A stretch of 44,261 nt of DNA from an uncultured Clostridia bacterium (GTDB lineage Bacteria; Bacillota; Clostridia; Christensenellales; UBA1242), in assembly GCA_905235485.1 (NCBI GenBank), contig CAJOLY010000001.1, forward strand, positions 1 through 44,261. The letters run 5' to 3'. The first letter of the stretch is position 1, and every line of letters starts with the position of its first letter. A program made the translations under genes and the position numbers. Under the pieces are notes generated by a model. It worked only from the letters and a program-made list of their open reading frames with translations. It was not told the DNA's origin and searched no databases. Positions 10,773 to 20,720 of the stretch are shown here, piece after piece.

Positions 10773-12104
10773 TTGACAAAAGAAGAACTAACTCAAAAAA
10801 AGTTTTATTTGTTGAATCTCGGCTGTGACAAAAATAGAGTAGATGGCGAAAAGATGGCATATTTACTTCAGAACTATGGCATAGCTCAAACTGAAAATAT
10901 TTCAGAAGCGCAAATTGTTATTGTGAACACTTGCGCCTTTATTCGTTCAGCAAAAGAAGAAAGCATTGAATATATTTGCGATGCAATGGCAAAGAAAAAT
11001 GAAAGTTGTGAAAAGCTGATTGTAACAGGTTGCCTTGCTCAACGTTATTATGACGAAGTAAAAAAAGGTTTTCCTGAAGTTGACGCTGTTTTAAGACTTA
11101 AAAATAATGAACAAATTGTTAATGTTATAAAAGGTTTGTATGGGCTTGACACAACAAAAAATGATTGTGGAAAAGTAAGCGTTCTTCAAAGGTCACTTTC
11201 AACGCCGAGTTATTATGCATATCTCAAAATTGCTGACGGTTGTAACAATTGTTGTTCATATTGCACAATCCCAAAAATTAGGGGGAGATTTCAATCAGTT
11301 CCAGTTGAACAAATTTTGAAAGAAGCAAAAGCACTTGTAAAAAATGGAGTTAGAGAACTTATTTTAGTCGCCCAAGATGTCACGAATTATGGACACGATT
11401 TGTATGGCGAGCCAAAACTTGTGGAACTAATTAAAGTGCTTTCAAAAATAAGAAAACTTAAGTGGATAAGACTTCATTACTGTTATCCGAACTTGATAAC
11501 TGATGAACTTTTGGAAGAAATATCAAGCAATAAAAAGGTTTGCAAATATCTTGATATTCCAATGCAACACGCTAGTGACAATATTTTAAAAAATATGAAC
11601 AGACGAGATACTCTCGAAGCATATAACACATTACTTCAAAAAATACATAATCAAAAACATTTTATTGCTGTTAGAAGTACATTTATTGTTGGATTTCCAG
11701 GAGAAACAAAGGAAGATTTTAACATTTTGAAAGACTTTTTAGAAAGACAAAAAATGCAATATGTTGGGTTTTTTAAATATTCACGAGAAGAGTACACTGC
11801 AGCTTTTGATATGCCTCAACAAATAAAGGAAAAAGTGAAAGACGATAGACTTGCTGAAATTCAGGAATTGCAAGAAAATATTATGCTTGAAAGTCAAAAA
11901 ATGTTTGTTGGAACAACCACTTTGAGTGTTGCTGAAAAAATTTATGAAGATGGAACAGTTGCACTTAGAAATCAATATAATTCACCTGGAGTTGATAGTT
12001 TGATTTTTGCAAATGCAAAAGGAAAAAGAATAAAGGTTGGTGAATTTTACAAAGTAAAAATCACAGGACTTGAAGGGATTGATTTAGTGGGGAAAATTCT
12101 ATGA
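10773..12104 (+). CDS. rimO: Ribosomal protein S12 methylthiotransferase
   Basis: LGCDKNRVD, NTCAFI, KIADGCNNCCSYCTIP radical-SAM motif; adjacent to pgsA. Confidence 0.93.
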   Translation: MTKEELTQKKFYLLNLGCDKNRVDGEKMAYLLQNYGIAQTENISEAQIVIVNTCAFIRSAKEESIEYICDAMAKKNESCEKLIVTGCLAQRYYDEVKKGFPEVDAVLRLKNNEQIVNVIKGLYGLDTTKNDCGKVSVLQRSLSTPSYYAYLKIADGCNNCCSYCTIPKIRGRFQSVPVEQILKEAKALVKNGVRELILVAQDVTNYGHDLYGEPKLVELIKVLSKIRKLKWIRLHYCYPNLITDELLEEISSNKKVCKYLDIPMQHASDNILKNMNRRDTLEAYNTLLQKIHNQKHFIAVRSTFIVGFPGETKEDFNILKDFLERQKMQYVGFFKYSREEYTAAFDMPQQIKEKVKDDRLAEIQELQENIMLESQKMFVGTTTLSVAEKIYEDGTVALRNQYNSPGVDSLIFANAKGKRIKVGEFYKVKITGLEGIDLVGKIL

Positions 12105-12694
12105 ATACACCAAACAAATTGAGTTTAACTAGGCTTTTAATAACGCCAATAATGATGTTTTTCTATTTGGCAACATTTGTGCCATATGGCAAATTTATTG
12201 CTTGCTTTTTGTTTGTTATAGGAGCAATAACAGACTTTTTGGACGGTTATATTGCAAGAAAATTTAACTTAGTCACTGATATGGGCAAATTTTTAGATCC
12301 AATTGCAGATAAATTGCTTATTACAAGTGCTTTAATTTTAGTCGCTTGTGATGGAACAATAATTTCACCATTTGGTGTAATTGCACTTGTTATTGTTGTT
12401 GCTAGAGATTTAACTGTAGATATGCTTCGAATGGTTGCAGGGAGCAAAGGAATTATTATTGCTGCAAACAAGTTTGGAAAATACAAAACATTTAGTCAAG
12501 ATATTGCACTTCCAATATTAATTGTTTATGCAGCACTTTTGCAAATCACAGCAAATGAAACACTTCTTGCAGTATTTAAATGGTCAGGTTACGCATTTTT
12601 GGCAATTTCAATTGTTTTAACTTTGCTTTCTATGATTGTTTATATTGCAAAAAACACAGTGGTTTTTGTTGATAAAAAAAATAAAAAGGAATAA
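12101..12694 (+). CDS. pgsA: CDP-diacylglycerol--glycerol-3-phosphate 3-phosphatidyltransferase
   Basis: TDFLDGYIARK...GKFLDPIADK motif. Confidence 0.95.
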   Translation: MNTPNKLSLTRLLITPIMMFFYLATFVPYGKFIACFLFVIGAITDFLDGYIARKFNLVTDMGKFLDPIADKLLITSALILVACDGTIISPFGVIALVIVVARDLTVDMLRMVAGSKGIIIAANKFGKYKTFSQDIALPILIVYAALLQITANETLLAVFKWSGYAFLAISIVLTLLSMIVYIAKNTVVFVDKKNKKE

Positions 12695-12699
12695 TAAGA

Positions 12700-13038
12700 A
12701 TGCAAAATATAGAATATATTGGAAAAATTGTTAATGTCAAAATGGATAGGCCACTTGGGACAAAACATCCAAAACATGGATTTTTGTATGAAGTGAATTA
12801 TGGATATATTCCAAACACGATTTCAGGAGATGGTGAAGAACTTGATGCCTATGTGCTTGGAGTTGACAAACCACTTGATGAATTTGAGGGCAGAGTGATT
12901 GCCGTAATTCATCGAACAAATGACGATGATGACAAATTGATTGTTGTACCTGACGGAATGAATTTTGATGATATAGAAATTAGAAAACTCACAAATTTTC
13001 AAGAGCAGTGGTTTGAATCAAAAATTGTTAGAAAATAA
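12700..13038 (+). CDS. Small family I inorganic pyrophosphatase-like protein
   Basis: NYGYIPNT, DGEELDAY and DDDDK motifs. Confidence 0.85.
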   Translation: MQNIEYIGKIVNVKMDRPLGTKHPKHGFLYEVNYGYIPNTISGDGEELDAYVLGVDKPLDEFEGRVIAVIHRTNDDDDKLIVVPDGMNFDDIEIRKLTNFQEQWFESKIVRK

Positions 13039-13060
13039 TATATAAATTTGCACAAATCAA

Positions 13061-13089
13061 TGGACACTCTCAAACATTTGTGCTATAAT
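13061..13089 (+). promoter_or_regulatory. recA promoter with a possible degenerate LexA (Cheo) box
   Basis: TGGACA-17-TATAAT with extended TG; AAACatttGTGC in the spacer resembles GAAC-N4-GTTC. Confidence 0.55.
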
Positions 13090-13107
13090 TTAACAGTAGG
13101 AGAAAAT

Positions 13108-14097
13108 ATGGAAGATAACAAGAAAAAGGCGTTGGATCTTGCAATTGCAGCAATAGAAAAGCAATTTGGCAAAGGTGCTATTATGAAGATGAACGACATT
13201 GCAGTTCAAAATGTTGAGGTTATTCCAACAGGTTGTTTGACACTTGACTCTGCACTTGGAATTGGTGGAATGCCAAGAGGAAGAATTATTGAGATTTATG
13301 GACCTGAAAGTTCAGGAAAAACAACAGTTGCACTTCACGTTGTTGCTGAGGCTCAAAAACTTGGTGGAACAGCTGCATTTATTGATGCTGAACATGCACT
13401 TGACCCAGTGTATGCAAGTAGTATAGGTGTGAATATGGACGAACTTTACATATCTCAGCCAGACACTGGAGAGCAAGCGCTAGACATTTGTGAAAGTTTG
13501 GTTAAAAGCTCAGCAGTTGACATTATTGTTGTTGACTCAGTTGCCGCACTTACTCCAAAGGCAGAAATTGATGGAGAAATGGGTGATAGTTTCATAGGGC
13601 TTCAAGCAAGACTTATGAGCCAAGCTCTCAGAAAGCTTACTGCTATTGTTAACAAAACAAAAACTTGTGTGATTTTCATCAATCAACTTCGTGAAAAGGT
13701 TGGAGTTATGTTTGGTTCACCAGAAACGACACCTGGCGGAAAGGCACTCAAATTCTATTCAAGCATTCGATTGGATGTAAGAAAAGTTGACACACTCAAA
13801 GATGGAGACAAATTTATTGGAAACAGAACAAGAGTTAAAGTTGTAAAGAACAAACTTGCAAGTCCATTTAAAACTGCAGAATTTGATCTTATGTATGGCA
13901 AAGGTATCAGTAAAATTGGCTGTCTCTTGGATGTTGCCATTGAAAATAATATAATTGAAAAAAGCGGTTCTTGGTTCAGTTATGGCGAGCAAAAGATTGG
14001 TCAAGGCAAAGAAAATGTTAAGGCATACTTAGAGCAAAACGAAGAACTTAGAGTAGAAGTTGAAAACAAAGTTAAAGAAATATTATTTGCAGAATAA
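13108..14097 (+). CDS. recA: Recombinase A
   Basis: [23 protein letters not shown]; GGAG RBS supports ATG 13108. Confidence 0.99.
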   Translation: MEDNKKKALDLAIAAIEKQFGKGAIMKMNDIAVQNVEVIPTGCLTLDSALGIGGMPRGRIIEIYGPESSGKTTVALHVVAEAQKLGGTAAFIDAEHALDPVYASSIGVNMDELYISQPDTGEQALDICESLVKSSAVDIIVVDSVAALTPKAEIDGEMGDSFIGLQARLMSQALRKLTAIVNKTKTCVIFINQLREKVGVMFGSPETTPGGKALKFYSSIRLDVRKVDTLKDGDKFIGNRTRVKVVKNKLASPFKTAEFDLMYGKGISKIGCLLDVAIENNIIEKSGSWFSYGEQKIGQGKENVKAYLEQNEELRVEVENKVKEILFAE

Positions 14098-14103
14098 AAA
14101 TTC

Positions 14104-14130
14104 AAGTGGCGAATATTAAGCCACTTTTTT
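14104..14130 (+). terminator. recA terminator
   Basis: AAGTGGC-N9-GCCACTT plus T-tract. Confidence 0.7.
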
Positions 14131-14153
14131 ATATTAGATATTATATAAAAATT

Positions 14154-14200
14154 TTTGCATAGTACTAAAAATTGTCAGTAATTTCGGGGTACTATGCAAA
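14154..14200. repeat. Palindromic intergenic element, copy 2
   Basis: TTTGCATAGTAC...GTACTATGCAAA perfect 12-bp arms. Confidence 0.6.
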
Positions 14201-14236
14201 TTTTATATGTTAAGATAATTTTTTTTAGTATAATAA

Positions 14237-16519
14237 TCACCAAAAATTTAAAATTCTTTTTAGACTATTTTGTTTTGGAGTTATGATAATTTTTATGCTG
14301 TTGCTTTTTATTGGTTTTTCGTCATCTTGCAAAACTTCAATATAATAAGTGTAGTAAATATCTTCTTCAACAGTTTTGTCTGAATAAGTTTGATTGCCTA
14401 TGACATTTTCAAATGTTTTCAATAGTTTTGTTGTGTCTTCTTCAATTCGATATAGTTTATATTTTGCATTTTTTATCGCATCAAAACTAAAAAGTGGTTT
14501 TTCATTTTTAATTTCATATGTCAAGTTGCATAAATTTTCTTTTGCATATTTTTCTGCGAGCAAACTTGGAGCAAATTTTTTGTTAAAAAGTGCAGTTTTG
14601 GTGTATCTTTCAGGAGTTTCAGGATTTGCAAGCATCAAAACGTGCTCTTTTTCAAGTTTGTTGTTGTCCAAAATGCACTCAACAATTCCATTTGGTTTTG
14701 AAAATTTTGCATTTTTATCTATATCCAAATTTTTAAATGTATCTCTAACAATATTTGTACAAAATGTTCCACCATTGTTGTTTCCTTCAAGTAAAAATTC
14801 TTTTTCGCCTGTGCTGTCTCCAAGCCAAACGCCAACCGTTTTTTGTGGAGTATATGCAACTGACCAAACATCACTATTCAAGTTTGTGCCTTTGATTCCA
14901 ACAGTTCCGGTTTTTCCGGCAATTTCAAAAGGCAAAACATTAAGCCTTGAACTTGTGCCTTTTTTTACACTTGAAATTAACATTTGAGTCATTAAATATG
15001 CAGTTTCTTCGCTCATTGCATTGTTTTTTTTCTCAGAATTTTCATACACAATTTGACCTTTTGAATTGCAAATTTTTCGTATGAATTTTGCTTCAATAAA
15101 ATCACCACCATTTGCAAATGGAATGTATGAGTTTACAAGTTCAACAACTGTTGTTCCGTTTGTAAGCCCACCAAGGGCAATAGCAAGATTTTTATCTTCA
15201 TTATCAAATTTTAGTCCACACTTTTCAGCAAACTTCTTTGAATTTTCAACTCCATTAGCCTGTAAAATTTTTATAGCAGGAATGTTTAAACTCTTTTCAA
15301 CAGAATTTGTTACATCAATCCATCCATAATATTTTGCTCCAACGTTTTGTGGAGTATAAGTGCCAAAACTTCTCTTTTCGTCAAAAATTGGAGTTGATGG
15401 ACTTATAATCCCGTTTTCTAGTGCTGGAGCATAAACAAGCGCAGGCTTGATTGCACTGCCGGGACTGCGTTTCATATGGATAATATCATATACGCTTTTG
15501 CCTGAGAATGCAGTTATGCCACCAGTTTTGTTGTCAATCACAACACCAGCGCCATCAGGAATATTTCCAAAACTATTTTTTGAATAGTAATCATCGTTTC
15601 TTATGGTGTTTTCAAGGGCTTTTTGGTCAGTATTATTTTGATATGTAAAGATTTTATATCCACCAAGAGCAATTTGATTTTCAGTCATATTAAGTATTTT
15701 TTCAGCTTCCAATAGCGTTGCTTCTTCATAATAATTTTTTGAAAATAGTTTTGTATCTTTTTTGATTATGATTGCTTCATTTATAGCTTTATTGTAATTT
15801 TCTTCAGTTATAACCTTATCTTTTTTCATTTCATTCAAAACAAGATTTCTTCTCTTTATTGCAGCATCATGGTGACTTATCGGAGAATATTTGTTTGGTG
15901 ATTTTATCATACCAGCAAGAAGTGCGCTTTCTGCAATTGAAAGTTCACTTGCAGTTTTTCCAAAATAGGTTTGACTTGCATTTTCAAGTCCATATGCACC
16001 ATTTCCAAAGTATATAACATTCAAATATGTTTCCATAATTTCATCTTTTGAAAAGTTTTTTTCAAGTTCTTTTGCAAGTGCCATTTCATTTATTTTTCTT
16101 GCGATGGTTTTTTCATTTGAAAGATGTGTGTTTTTTATTAGTTGTTGACTTATTGTACTTGCACCTTCTTTGAAAGAACGAGATTTTAAGTTATTCAAAA
16201 AGGCTTTTGCAATTCGTTTGTAGTTTAAACCATGATGCTTATAAAAATCTTTATCTTCAATTGAAACAAAAGATGCTGGGACATAATAAGGCAGTTGTTC
16301 ATAGCTCACAAGTGCTTTTTTGCCTGATTTGCTATTTATTTTGTTGTTTTCCATATCATAGATATCTATGCTTGTATTTCTAGCTTGAAGCATTTCTCTG
16401 TCAAACACAACATTACTTTTTGCAGTGTTTATATAAACAAATAATGCACCAACAATGAGTGCCAAAACAATTGCGAAAGTTATTCCAAGCGTTATTACAA
16501 TTTTGCCAAACTTTTTCAT
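14237..16519 (-). CDS. Class A penicillin-binding protein (PBP1A family)
   Basis: Start MKKFGK plus TM; transglycosylase EDKDF, GASTISQQLIKN, YLNVIYFG; transpeptidase SAIK, SLN, KTG. Confidence 0.93.
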   Translation of the reverse strand: MKKFGKIVITLGITFAIVLALIVGALFVYINTAKSNVVFDREMLQARNTSIDIYDMENNKINSKSGKKALVSYEQLPYYVPASFVSIEDKDFYKHHGLNYKRIAKAFLNNLKSRSFKEGASTISQQLIKNTHLSNEKTIARKINEMALAKELEKNFSKDEIMETYLNVIYFGNGAYGLENASQTYFGKTASELSIAESALLAGMIKSPNKYSPISHHDAAIKRRNLVLNEMKKDKVITEENYNKAINEAIIIKKDTKLFSKNYYEEATLLEAEKILNMTENQIALGGYKIFTYQNNTDQKALENTIRNDDYYSKNSFGNIPDGAGVVIDNKTGGITAFSGKSVYDIIHMKRSPGSAIKPALVYAPALENGIISPSTPIFDEKRSFGTYTPQNVGAKYYGWIDVTNSVEKSLNIPAIKILQANGVENSKKFAEKCGLKFDNEDKNLAIALGGLTNGTTVVELVNSYIPFANGGDFIEAKFIRKICNSKGQIVYENSEKKNNAMSEETAYLMTQMLISSVKKGTSSRLNVLPFEIAGKTGTVGIKGTNLNSDVWSVAYTPQKTVGVWLGDSTGEKEFLLEGNNNGGTFCTNIVRDTFKNLDIDKNAKFSKPNGIVECILDNNKLEKEHVLMLANPETPERYTKTALFNKKFAPSLLAEKYAKENLCNLTYEIKNEKPLFSFDAIKNAKYKLYRIEEDTTKLLKTFENVIGNQTYSDKTVEEDIYYTYYIEVLQDDEKPIKSNSIKIIITPKQNSLKRILNFW

Positions 16520-16670
16520 ATAAAATAGTTTGCTATCAAAAAGCAAAAATATTCTCAAAACTGTGTTTTGAAATGTGTTAATAAAATTAAATATATTATA
16601 ATTTATTATATTTATAATTTTTGCTAGCAAAAAGTAAAAAATCATAGTATAATCTTTGTTGGAGTTACAT

Positions 16671-17990
16671 ATGCAAAAATATTATAAAATTGTGACTTTT
16701 GGTTGCCAAATGAATGTACACGAAAGTGAAAAAATTGCTGGCACACTTGAAAGTCTTGGGTATAGAGAAACAAAAGATGAAAAAGATGCTGACGTTGTAG
16801 TTTTTAACACTTGTTGTGTTAGAGGTTCAGCTGAACAGAAAGCTCTTGGAAATATTGGCGCATTAAAGCCAATAAAAAAGCAAAAAAAAGATATGATCAT
16901 TGCTGTTTGTGGCTGTATGACGCAAGAAGCAAAAATGGCAGAATATGTTTACAAAACATTTCCGTTTGTGAATATAGTTTTCGGTACGCATAATAGCTAC
17001 AGATTTAAAGAATATTTGCTAGAAGTTTTAGAAAAGAAAAAACGAGTTTTCAAAGTGGTGGATGACGAGCAAAAGTTGCCTATTGAAGTTGAAAGTTTTA
17101 GAACAAGTGGACATAATGCTTGGGTTAACATCATGTATGGTTGCAACAATTTTTGTACATATTGCATTGTGCCTTTTGTTCGTGGTAGAGAAAAATCAAG
17201 ACCTATGGAAGAGATTGTTGCGGAATGCAAAAAGCTTGTTGAAGAAGGGTACAAAGAAATCACACTTCTTGGTCAAAATGTTAATTCCTATGGCAACACT
17301 TTTAAAAATGGAAAAAATAATTTTGCAGAACTTTTGAAAGAAATTGACAACCTTGAAGGTGAGTTTGTCCTTAAGTTCTTGACTTCTCATCCAAAAGATT
17401 TGAGTGAAGAAGTTGTGAAGGTGATTGCAGAAAGCAAGCACATAAGCCATATGATTCATTTGCCTGTTCAATGTGGTAGTGACAAGATTCTAAAACTTAT
17501 GAATAGGAACTACACTGTTGAACATTATCTTAAAACTATTGATATGATAAAATCTTATATTCCGGATGTTAACTTATCAACTGATATTATTGTTGGTTTT
17601 CCTGGAGAGACAGAAGAAGATTTTGAAAGTACACTAGAACTAATTAAAAAAGTTAGATATAACACACTATTTGGTTTTATTTATTCAAAGCGAACTGGTA
17701 CACCTGCTGAAAAAATGGAGAATCAAGTTCCAATGACAATAAAGAAAGAAAGAGTTAACAAACTTTTGGCACTTCAAAGAGAAATTGAAAAAGAAAAATT
17801 TCAAGAATTTTTGGGCAAAACCATAAAAGTTTTGATGATTGATAGAAAGCATGATAAAGTTTTTGGAAAAACTGATTGTGGAATAAATGTCATCATAAAT
17901 GGAGTAGAAGAGTTCAAGGTTGATTTTGTAAATGTTAAGATAAATGATATTAAAAATACAAAACTAATTGGAGAAATTGTTGATGAGTAA
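16671..17990 (+). CDS. miaB: tRNA-2-methylthio-N6-dimethylallyladenosine synthase
   Basis: TFGCQMNVHESE, GCNNFCTYCIVP, LGQNVNSY; GGAG RBS before ATG 16671. Confidence 0.96.
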   Translation: MQKYYKIVTFGCQMNVHESEKIAGTLESLGYRETKDEKDADVVVFNTCCVRGSAEQKALGNIGALKPIKKQKKDMIIAVCGCMTQEAKMAEYVYKTFPFVNIVFGTHNSYRFKEYLLEVLEKKKRVFKVVDDEQKLPIEVESFRTSGHNAWVNIMYGCNNFCTYCIVPFVRGREKSRPMEEIVAECKKLVEEGYKEITLLGQNVNSYGNTFKNGKNNFAELLKEIDNLEGEFVLKFLTSHPKDLSEEVVKVIAESKHISHMIHLPVQCGSDKILKLMNRNYTVEHYLKTIDMIKSYIPDVNLSTDIIVGFPGETEEDFESTLELIKKVRYNTLFGFIYSKRTGTPAEKMENQVPMTIKKERVNKLLALQREIEKEKFQEFLGKTIKVLMIDRKHDKVFGKTDCGINVIINGVEEFKVDFVNVKINDIKNTKLIGEIVDE

Positions 17991-20613
17991 TTTAGTTAAC
18001 ACAGCAAAAAAAAGTGGTCTTTCACCAATGATGGAGCACTACATAAATGTTAAAGCACAATATGATGATTGTGTTGTGTTTTATAGGCTTGGTGATTTTT
18101 ATGAGCTTTTTTATGATGATGCACTTGAAATGAGCAGAGTTTTGGATTTAACTTTGACTAGCAAAAGCTGTGGACTTGATGAAAAAGCACCAATGTGTGG
18201 AGTACCTGCAAAAGCATTGGATGTTTATGTTCAAAAAGCACTTGAAAAAGGATACAAACTTGCAATTTGTGAACAACTAACTGATGCAAAAGATGGCCCT
18301 GTGGAAAGAGATGTGATAAGAGTTATAACTCCAGGAACAGTTATGGAAGAATCCATTCTGGACGAAAAGAAAAATAACTTTATTATGTCGATTTACGCTT
18401 CAGACAAAGGCAGCAGTTTATGTTGGTGTGATATTTCAACTGGTGAGTTTTATGTGACAGATATTGAAAAAAATGCTGATATAAATAAAATAAATGACAT
18501 TATCACAATGATTTCACCTTCTGAAATTATTTCAAATATTGAAGCAAAAAATTTGGAATTTGACATTTTAAAATTAGAGAATAAAAGCATTCCAAAATTT
18601 AATCCATATGAAGAAAGTGCATATAATCTTAAAAAATGTATTGATACATTAAACAAACAATTCAAAACTATTTCACTAAAAAGCTTTGATTTAGAAGATA
18701 AACCTAATTCGATCAAATCTAGTGGAGCATTGCTTCAATATCTTTTTGAAACTCAAAAAAGAAGTTTAGTTCACATTGATAATTTGAAACTTGTTAGATA
18801 TTCAAACCATATGCATATTGATTATCAAAGCAGAAAAAATTTGGAAATCGTCTCAAATGCTCGTGATGGTGGAAAATTTGGAACTATTCTTTGGTATCTT
18901 GACAAAACGAATACTAGTATGGGTTCAAGACTTCTCAGAAAATTCTTGAATGAACCACTTCAATCAAAAGCTGAAATTGAAATAAGGCAAAATGGTGTTG
19001 AAGAACTATATAAAAATATCATAAAAAGAGAAGAAATATCTGATGCTTTAAAACAAATAAATGATTTAGAAAGGCTTTGCGGAAGAGTTAGTTATAATTC
19101 ACTCACTCCAAGAGACTGTGTTACACTGAAATATAGCCTTAGGCAACTTCCTTTACTAAAATCTAAACTTGTCGATTTCAAAAGCAAAGCATTAAAAATG
19201 ATTTGTCAAAATATATGTGAACATCAAGATGTTGCTGATCTTTTAGAAAAGGCAATTATAGATGAAAAAAATATTGATACACCTTCAAACACAAAAGATG
19301 GTGGATTTATAAAAAATGGTTATTCAAATGAACTTGATAATTTAAGAAATTTTGCTAGTAATGGAAGAGAAATGATAAATGAAATGGCTATTTGTGAGCA
19401 AGAAGAAACTGGCATAAAAAATTTGAAAATTGGATTTAATCGAGTTTTTGGATATTTTATTGAAGTTACAAATAGTCAAAAAGAACTTGTTCCAATTAGG
19501 TATATTAGAAAGCAAACACTTTCAAACTGTGAAAGATATGTAACAGAAGAGCTAACTGAACTAGAAGAAAAAATTTTGGGAAGTGACGAAAAAGCACTCA
19601 AACTTGAGCAACAGTTATTTGTGGAACTTAGAGAAAAACTGCTTGAAAAACTTAGCGAAATCAAGGAAACATCAAGATATATTGGATATTTGGATGCTCT
19701 TTGTAGCCTTGCATCAGTTGCAGTAAAAAATAACCTTGTTAAGCCTGAAATTATGGATAGCGACAGTCCACTTCAGATAATAGGTGGCAGACATCCTATT
19801 GTTGAGACAGTAAACAAAGAAGGCTTTGTGCCAAATGATACATTGCTTGATAAAAATAACAACAAAATAATGATAATCACTGGCCCAAATATGGCTGGAA
19901 AGTCGACGTATATGAGACAAGTTGCCGTCATAACATTACTTGCTCACATAGGAAGTTTTGTTCCTGCCAAGTCGGCTCAAATTCCAATCACTGACAGAAT
20001 ATTCACACGTATTGGTGCAACTGATGATCTTGCTTTCGGGCAAAGCACATTTATGGTTGAAATGTCAGAAGTGGCAAATATTCTCAGAAATGCAACTTCA
20101 AATAGCTTAATACTTCTTGATGAAATAGGCAGAGGAACAAGCACCTTTGATGGACTTTCAATAGCCTGGGCAGTTATGGAATATATAAGTCAAAATTTAG
20201 TTAGCAAAACTTTATTTTCAACTCATTATCATGAGCTAACTGAACTTGAGGGAAATTTGGCTGGCGTTAAAAATTATAGCATTAGCGTTAAAGAGTTAAA
20301 TGGCTCAATAGTTTTTTTGAGAAAGATTGTTCGTGGAGGAACAAACAAAAGCTTTGGAATTGAAGTAGCAAGCCTTGCTGGACTTCCACAAAATGTGATA
20401 GCAAGAGCAAAAGAAATTTTGAAATCACTTGAAAAGGCTGACATAAACAACCAGATTGCTTTAGAAGCGGAAAAGCAAACTGAAAATGTAGTTTTGAAAA
20501 GAAATGAAAAAGAAGTTGTTGCAATTTTAAGAGATACAAAAATTGAAACATTAACACCTTTTGAAGCAATAAGCCTTGTTAATGATTTGAAAGAAAAATT
20601 GAAAGAAAACTGA
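17983..20613 (+). CDS. mutS: DNA mismatch repair protein MutS
   Basis: GDFYELF, TGPNMAGKSTYMRQ, STFMVEM, DEIGRGTST. Confidence 0.98.
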   Translation: MSNLVNTAKKSGLSPMMEHYINVKAQYDDCVVFYRLGDFYELFYDDALEMSRVLDLTLTSKSCGLDEKAPMCGVPAKALDVYVQKALEKGYKLAICEQLTDAKDGPVERDVIRVITPGTVMEESILDEKKNNFIMSIYASDKGSSLCWCDISTGEFYVTDIEKNADINKINDIITMISPSEIISNIEAKNLEFDILKLENKSIPKFNPYEESAYNLKKCIDTLNKQFKTISLKSFDLEDKPNSIKSSGALLQYLFETQKRSLVHIDNLKLVRYSNHMHIDYQSRKNLEIVSNARDGGKFGTILWYLDKTNTSMGSRLLRKFLNEPLQSKAEIEIRQNGVEELYKNIIKREEISDALKQINDLERLCGRVSYNSLTPRDCVTLKYSLRQLPLLKSKLVDFKSKALKMICQNICEHQDVADLLEKAIIDEKNIDTPSNTKDGGFIKNGYSNELDNLRNFASNGREMINEMAICEQEETGIKNLKIGFNRVFGYFIEVTNSQKELVPIRYIRKQTLSNCERYVTEELTELEEKILGSDEKALKLEQQLFVELREKLLEKLSEIKETSRYIGYLDALCSLASVAVKNNLVKPEIMDSDSPLQIIGGRHPIVETVNKEGFVPNDTLLDKNNNKIMIITGPNMAGKSTYMRQVAVITLLAHIGSFVPAKSAQIPITDRIFTRIGATDDLAFGQSTFMVEMSEVANILRNATSNSLILLDEIGRGTSTFDGLSIAWAVMEYISQNLVSKTLFSTHYHELTELEGNLAGVKNYSISVKELNGSIVFLRKIVRGGTNKSFGIEVASLAGLPQNVIARAKEILKSLEKADINNQIALEAEKQTENVVLKRNEKEVVAILRDTKIETLTPFEAISLVNDLKEKLKEN

Positions 20614-20720
20614 TAAATAATAAAATAATATTAAAAATACAATAAATTTATGAATTTTTGAACAAAATTAAGAGAAATTTTATAAATTTTTGAATTAGAT
20701 AAAAATAAAGGATATTTAGA

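Noticed and set aside
14394-15329. Long plus-strand ORFs opposite the PBP gene, and similar antisense ORFs in pnp, ftsK, miaB, mutS and at 39410-39646
   Set aside because: Antisense shadows of well-supported genes with no RBS or motifs
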